A stretch of 64,000 nucleotides of DNA, from the NCBI GenBank assembly GCA_963777335.1, contig CAVZQD010000007.1, positions 118,670 to 182,669 on the forward strand, read 5' to 3'. The notes below the pieces were generated by a model. It had not been told where the DNA came from. It saw only the letters and a list, made by a program, of their open reading frames with translations, and did no database searches. Shown here one piece after another: positions 59,070-64,000 of the stretch. This DNA is from an uncultured Solirubrobacterales bacterium (GTDB lineage: Bacteria > Actinomycetota > Thermoleophilia > Solirubrobacterales > Solirubrobacteraceae). The position numbers and the translations under genes were made by a program. Each line of letters opens with the position of its first letter. Within the stretch, counting starts at the first letter, position 1.

Positions 59070-60655
59070 TCGATCGGCACGACGATCAGCGACGGCACGT
59101 CCTTGGCGAGCGCGCCGGTCAGCAGACGCGGGAATTCGTCGGCGCTCTCGCACCGCCACGCCGGGAGACCGAACGACTCGGCGAGCTTGACGAAGTCCGG
59201 ATTGCCGAAGTCGACGCCGAAGTGGCGGCCGAACTTCTTGTCCTGCTTCCACACGATCGAGCCGAACTGGGCGTTCTCCCAGATCACGTTCACGACCGCG
59301 GTGCCGAGCCGCGACGCGGTCTCGAGCTCCTGCATGTTCATCAGGAAGCCGCCGTCGCCGCTGACCGCGACCACCTTGCGATCGGGGTGGACGAGCTTCG
59401 CGCCGATCGCTGTCGGGAGGGCGAAGCCCATGCCGGCGAGGCCGTTGGCGATCAGTACCGTGCCGGGCTCGTGGGCGGGGAACATCCGCCCGATCCACAG
59501 CTTGTGCAGGCCGACGTCGGAGACCAGGATGTCGTTGCGCCCGAGCGCCTGGCGGAGGTCCCACAGCGCGCGGGGTGGCCGCACCGGAAAGTGGTCGTCG
59601 TCGCAGGCCTCGTTGAGCGCGGCCATGACGACCTCGTGGAGGCGGCTGGTGCCGGCGGTGGTCTGGCTACGCGAGCAGTCGGCCGCGAGTCGCGCGAGCA
59701 CGTGCGCGATGTCGCCGATCAACTCGACGTCGGGGACGAAGTTCTGGTCGACCTCGGCCGCGATCGAGTCGATCACGATGAGCTGCTTGTCACGGTTCGG
59801 GTTCCAGTGCTTGGGGGAGTGCTCGACCAGGTCGTAGCCGATCGCGATCACGAGGTCGGCGTCGTTGAACCCGGCCATCTCGTAGTCACGCGCCTGGAGC
59901 CCGACGGTGCCGAGCGCCTTCGGGTCCTCGTAGTCGACGAGGCCCTTGGCCATGAACGTCTCGGCCACGGGGATCCCGGTGTTGTGGACGAATGACCTGA
60001 GGGCACGGGCGGCGTGGCCGCGGATCGCGCCGTTGCCGGCGAGCGCGAGCGGGTTGCGGGCGGCGTCGATCATCTCGGCCGCGCGCTGGAGGTCGCGGCC
60101 GCCCGGCTCGGGCTGCACGGGGGCGTGGCGGGGCAGCGGCGAGGCGTCGAGGGGGCGCTGCATGACGTCCTCGGGAAGCTCGAGATGGGTGGAGCCCGGC
60201 TTCTCGGACTCGGCCACCGCGAACGCCTTGCGCACGACCTCGGGGATGATCTCCGGGCTTGCAACGCGGGCGTTCCATTTAACGATCGGCCGCATGATGC
60301 CGATGAGATCTATGTACTGGTGCGATTCCTTGTGCATGCGGTCGATGTCGGACTGGCCGGTCAGCGCGACCAGAGGAGCGCGATCCAGGAAGGCGTCGGC
60401 CACGGCCGTGACCAGGTTCGTCGCTCCTGGGCCAAGGGTCCCCAGACAGACGCCCGCTCGCCCGGTCAGGCGGCCGTAGGCGTCGGCCATATACGCCCCG
60501 CCCTGCTCGTGGCGGACGGGAATGAACTCGATCGTCGAGTCGGCCAGCGACTCGTTCAGGTCGAGCGTTTCCTCGCCCGGGATCCCGAAGACAAACCGAA
60601 CTCCTTCCGCCTCCAGGCACTCGACGAAAACTTCAGAAGCTTTGCGCTCGCTCAT
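59012..60655 (-). CDS. Acetolactate synthase-like ThDP enzyme
   Basis: FGIPGEE, VRHEQ, TLGPGATN, GDGGF..N. Confidence 0.92.
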   Translation of the reverse strand: MSERKASEVFVECLEAEGVRFVFGIPGEETLDLNESLADSTIEFIPVRHEQGGAYMADAYGRLTGRAGVCLGTLGPGATNLVTAVADAFLDRAPLVALTGQSDIDRMHKESHQYIDLIGIMRPIVKWNARVASPEIIPEVVRKAFAVAESEKPGSTHLELPEDVMQRPLDASPLPRHAPVQPEPGGRDLQRAAEMIDAARNPLALAGNGAIRGHAARALRSFVHNTGIPVAETFMAKGLVDYEDPKALGTVGLQARDYEMAGFNDADLVIAIGYDLVEHSPKHWNPNRDKQLIVIDSIAAEVDQNFVPDVELIGDIAHVLARLAADCSRSQTTAGTSRLHEVVMAALNEACDDDHFPVRPPRALWDLRQALGRNDILVSDVGLHKLWIGRMFPAHEPGTVLIANGLAGMGFALPTAIGAKLVHPDRKVVAVSGDGGFLMNMQELETASRLGTAVVNVIWENAQFGSIVWKQDKKFGRHFGVDFGNPDFVKLAESFGLPAWRCESADEFPRLLTGALAKDVPSLIVVPIDYSLDVAISETLGAETVAT

Positions 60656-60731
60656 ATCCGCACCCTACCTAACGAAATCACCATGGAAACACGCCGCACC
60701 GCGGCTGCGAGTTATGTGTCTGGCTAACAAG

Positions 60732-62147
60732 ATGCGCGCTGGGGTATTGGGCCTGTCGATGGCGGCGATGCTGGCCCTTGCCGGGACCGCGTCGGCCGCG
60801 AGCACCACCGTTTACGTGAGCGGCGGCGGCTTCGGCCATGGGATCGGGATGAGCCAGTACGGCGCGTACGGCTACGCGCTCCACGGCTGGACCTACCCGC
60901 AGATCCTCGCGCACTACTACACGGGCACGGCGCTCGGGAAGACCAACCCTGCTGCTGCCGTTCGTGTGTTGCTGGGCAGCGGATCTGCCGCGTTTGCGGG
61001 TGCTGATCGGGTCGGCAACAGGTCGCTGAACCCGAGTCTCACGTATGACGTGGTTCCGCTGGCGAACGGGTCCTTGAAGATCGTCAACCAGTCTGGCGGG
61101 AAGGCCGTCGGGACGTTTTCGGCGCCGTTGAGGGCTGCCGGACCGGGCTTTTTGAGCCTCGCCGGCGTGGGCACATACCGCGGCTCGCTCGAGTTCAGGC
61201 CCAACGGATCGGGCGGCGTGTACACCGTCAACGTCGTCGGGCTCGACGACTACGTCCGGGGCGTGATCGCGGCCGAGATGCCGTCGAGTTGGTCTGCCGA
61301 GGCTCTAAAGGCGCAGGTTGTGGCGGCGCGGACGTACGCGATCACCACCGACGTCGCGGGCGGGTTTTACAACCTGTATCCGGACACTCGATCGCAGATG
61401 TACCGGGGTGTGGCCGCCGAGACGCCGGCTACCGACGCCGCGGTGGCCGCGACCTCGGGCCAGATCGTCACCTACCGCGGCGCGCCGGCCGTGACGTACT
61501 TCTTCGCGAGTTCGGGCGGGTACACCGAGAACGTCGAGGACGCGTGGCCGGGCGCGACCCCCGATCCGTGGCTGCGCGGAGTCCCGGACCCCTACGACAA
61601 CGCCGGCGGCGACCCGTACCACCACTGGACGCGCAAGCTCGGCCTGACCGCGGCGGCGAAGCGGCTCGGAAAGCTGCTTAAGGGGCAGCTCGTCGGGATT
61701 CGCGTGACCAAGCACGGCGGCGCGTCGCCGCGGATCATGACCGCCGACGTGATCGGGACCCGCGGCACCACCTCGGTCACCGGTAGCCAGCTGGAGCGCG
61801 CGTTCGGGCTGCTGAGCACGTGGGCGACGTTCACCACGATCTCGTCTTCCGCCGGTCCGACGCCGACGGCCAAGCCGGGCCGAGCCGAGGGCGACCTCGC
61901 GATCATCGCGCAGATGAAGCGCGCGTTCGGGCAGATGGACAACTCCTCGCAGACGCTGAGCGGCGCGGTCTTCCCGGGGCGGAGCGGCACGCACGCGACG
62001 GTCGAGGTCCGTGTCGGGAGGGGCTGGCGGCGGATCGGTGCCGTCCGGCTGGGGGTGGGCGGTCACTATTCGGCCCGGCTGGTCGCGGGCGGCGTTTATC
62101 GGGTCGTGTACCACGGCCTCGCCGGGCCGCCGGTCGACGTGCGGTAG
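60732..62147 (+). CDS. Secreted SpoIID/LytB domain protein
   Basis: GFGHGIGMSQYGA, YVRGV.AAE, EALKAQ..AARTYA, SQMY. Confidence 0.9.
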   Translation: MRAGVLGLSMAAMLALAGTASAASTTVYVSGGGFGHGIGMSQYGAYGYALHGWTYPQILAHYYTGTALGKTNPAAAVRVLLGSGSAAFAGADRVGNRSLNPSLTYDVVPLANGSLKIVNQSGGKAVGTFSAPLRAAGPGFLSLAGVGTYRGSLEFRPNGSGGVYTVNVVGLDDYVRGVIAAEMPSSWSAEALKAQVVAARTYAITTDVAGGFYNLYPDTRSQMYRGVAAETPATDAAVAATSGQIVTYRGAPAVTYFFASSGGYTENVEDAWPGATPDPWLRGVPDPYDNAGGDPYHHWTRKLGLTAAAKRLGKLLKGQLVGIRVTKHGGASPRIMTADVIGTRGTTSVTGSQLERAFGLLSTWATFTTISSSAGPTPTAKPGRAEGDLAIIAQMKRAFGQMDNSSQTLSGAVFPGRSGTHATVEVRVGRGWRRIGAVRLGVGGHYSARLVAGGVYRVVYHGLAGPPVDVR

Positions 62148-62178
62148 CAGCGCGGTCGTCGCTAGGCTCGGGCGTCGA

Positions 62179-63049
62179 ATGCCCGGACCGCTGATCGCCG
62201 TCGACGCGCCGTACGTGCTGTACCGCTCGTTCTACGCGCTGCCGGACACGATCCTGGGGCTCGACGGGAAGCCGGTCAACGCGCTTCTGGGCGCGGTGAA
62301 CCTGCTGTTGCGGGCCGCCGCGGACTTCGGGCCGCGGGCGATCGTGACGTGCTTCGGGGCCGAGGCGGCGCCGTACCGGGTCGAGCTGTTCCCGGGGTAT
62401 CACGCGGACCGGCCCGAGGTTCCCGAGGCGCTCGCGTGGCAGTTCTCGGAGGCGCCGGCGTTGTTCTCGGCGTTCGGCTGGGGCGTCTCGTCGGCCGACG
62501 ACGTCGAGGCCGACGATCTCCTTGGATCGCTGGCGCGTGTCGAGGCGGATGCGGGCGGCCGGGCGCTGATCGTGACCGGCGACCGCGACATGTACCAGTG
62601 CGTCTCTGACTCGGTCTCGGTGCTGTTCCTGAAATCTGGCGTGACCGGCTTTGCGGAGGTGGACCCGGCCGAGGTTCACCGCCGCTACGGGGTCGGGCCG
62701 GAGCTCGTTCCCGACTTCATCGCGCTGCGCGGCGACCCGTCGGACGGGTTGCCGGGAGCGTCCGGGATCGGGCCGAAGACAGCCGGCGGGGTTGCTGTCG
62801 AAGTACGGGTCGCTTGACGGGGCGATTGCCGGCGCTGCCGGCGAGCGTCCGAAGGTGGCTTCGGCGTTGAAGGACGCGGCTTCGGAGCTGCGCGCCTTCC
62901 GGGACATCGCGACGCTGCGCACGGTGTCCGTTCGGCGGCCTCCGGATCGGAACACGGATCTCGTCGGCGGCGCCGCGGCCGCGCGCGAGTTGGGATTGCG
63001 CCGGCTGGCGGCGCGGCTGGACGACGCGGACTCAGTCGCGGATTTGTAG
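62179..63049 (+). CDS. Stand-alone 5'-3' exonuclease/flap endonuclease (frameshift near 62790)
   Basis: YRSFY, EADD, TGDRD, LRGDPSD, GIGPKTA. Confidence 0.88.
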
Positions 63050-63196
63050 GCGCCGAGCACCGACCCCACCGACCCGCCCGGCCCGATAACCGCTCACTCG
63101 ACGCCCGCGCCGAGCCGAATACACGATTCGTCCCGGTATGGCACCGGTTTTCGCGCACTCGAGGCGGTCGCGACACCGAGTGCGGACTTGTCGGGG

Positions 63197-64000
63197 CTAG
63201 GGCGTGAAGCGAACCGTGATGACGTCGCCGTCTGCGACGACGTAGTCGCGACCCTCCAGGCGAAGCGTCCCGCGGTCGCGGGCGCCGGCATACCCCCCGG
63301 CGTCTAACAGCTGATCCCAGCTGACGACCTCGGCGCGGACGAACCCGCGCTGGATGTCGGAGTGGATCATGCCCGCTGCGTGCCACACCGACAGCCCGTT
63401 CCGCAGGTGCCATGACTGCGCCGGCTTGTCCTCGCCGGCGGTGAAGAACGCGATCAGGTGCAGCAGCGAGAACGCGCCTCGGATGACGGTCTCGAGGCTG
63501 GAGTGCTCGACGCCGAGCTCCTCGCGCATCGCGGCCGCCTCCTCGGGATCGAGTTCGGCCAACTCGGCGTCGAGGCGCGCCGAGATCGCGACCGCTTCCG
63601 CCCCCTGGGCGCGTGCGTGCTCGAGGATTGCCGGCGGTACCTCGCTTGCACCCTCGTCGACATTGGCGACGAACAGGACCGGCTTCGCGGTGAGCGGCGA
63701 GAGCAGCGTCATCGCGTCAGGGGCGTCCGCCGGCGGCGGCACCGTGCGCGCCGGCCGGCCCGCCTGGAGCGCCTCGATCAGCCGCCCGAGCCACGCCGCC
63801 TCGGCGACGGCGCGCCGGTCGCCGGACTTGGCGGTTTTCGACACGCGCTCGAGCCGACGCTCGGCCTGCTCGAGATCGGCATAGACCAGCTCGGTCTCAA
63901 CCGTCTCGATGTCCGCGAGCGGATCGACCCGTCCCTCAGGGTGGACCACGTTCGGGTCGTTGTGGACCCGGACCACGTGGACGATCGCGTCGGTCTCGCG
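63197..64000 (-). CDS. ychF: YchF ATPase (5' truncated by window edge)
   Basis: HVVR, DIETVETEL, LTAKP, FFTAG, AAGMIHSDI.RGF.RAE, DGDV. Confidence 0.93.
   Translation of the reverse strand, partial: RETDAIVHVVRVHNDPNVVHPEGRVDPLADIETVETELVYADLEQAERRLERVSKTAKSGDRRAVAEAAWLGRLIEALQAGRPARTVPPPADAPDAMTLLSPLTAKPVLFVANVDEGASEVPPAILEHARAQGAEAVAISARLDAELAELDPEEAAAMREELGVEHSSLETVIRGAFSLLHLIAFFTAGEDKPAQSWHLRNGLSVWHAAGMIHSDIQRGFVRAEVVSWDQLLDAGGYAGARDRGTLRLEGRDYVVADGDVITVRFTP

Noticed and set aside
60940-61160. Patch of T-ending codons in SpoIID (similar near 38050 and 39120)
   Set aside because: The protein stays in frame, and recombination cannot be separated from base-calling noise without reads.
2570-63049. 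About 14 frameshifted genes read as pseudogenes or programmed frameshifts
   Set aside because: Essential ileS has several small indels, motifs are intact on both sides and no in-frame stops were seen, which points to long-read indel errors. Read polishing would confirm.

Overview
High-GC actinobacterial chromosomal segment; gene content and style suggest Thermoleophilia/Solirubrobacterales, which is an inference. About 14 genes, including essential ileS, carry small indels, most likely long-read assembly errors. Layout: (1) 0-11.6 kb stress and housekeeping block (USP, GAF-PP2C-RsbW fusion plus STAS, otsB, lgt, PolX, trxA) with two SigB/SigF-type promoters. (2) ileS. (3) 14.7-20 kb unusual regulatory cluster: two His-less CarH-like MerR paralogues, a Zn-ribbon-PAS protein, a degenerate membrane HD-GYP, a BldC-like protein and a His-less alpha/beta hydrolase, with a shared TTGC(A) motif in three intergenic regions. 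(4) LacI-controlled amidohydrolase plus thiol dioxygenase pair. (5) 22.8-40 kb betaine/methyl-group catabolic block (M20, IclR, BHMT-like, GATase, two ABC systems, Zn-ADH, Fae homologue, enolase-family enzyme, HIBADH). (6) hutU-hutI-P450 with an apparently MIO-less lyase. (7) Secreted subtilase with a C-terminal AASWS repeat tail, followed by a membrane GGDEF-EAL protein and a small ERR/DRR-rich ORF. (8) fumC, S53 peptidase, SigG-type ECF with MFS, ThDP enzyme, SpoIID, 5'-3' exonuclease, partial ychF. No rRNA, tRNA, CRISPR array or transposase was seen. Best novel-system candidates are blocks 7 and 3, and a possible ergothioneine to hercynine to urocanate route (blocks 4 and 6).
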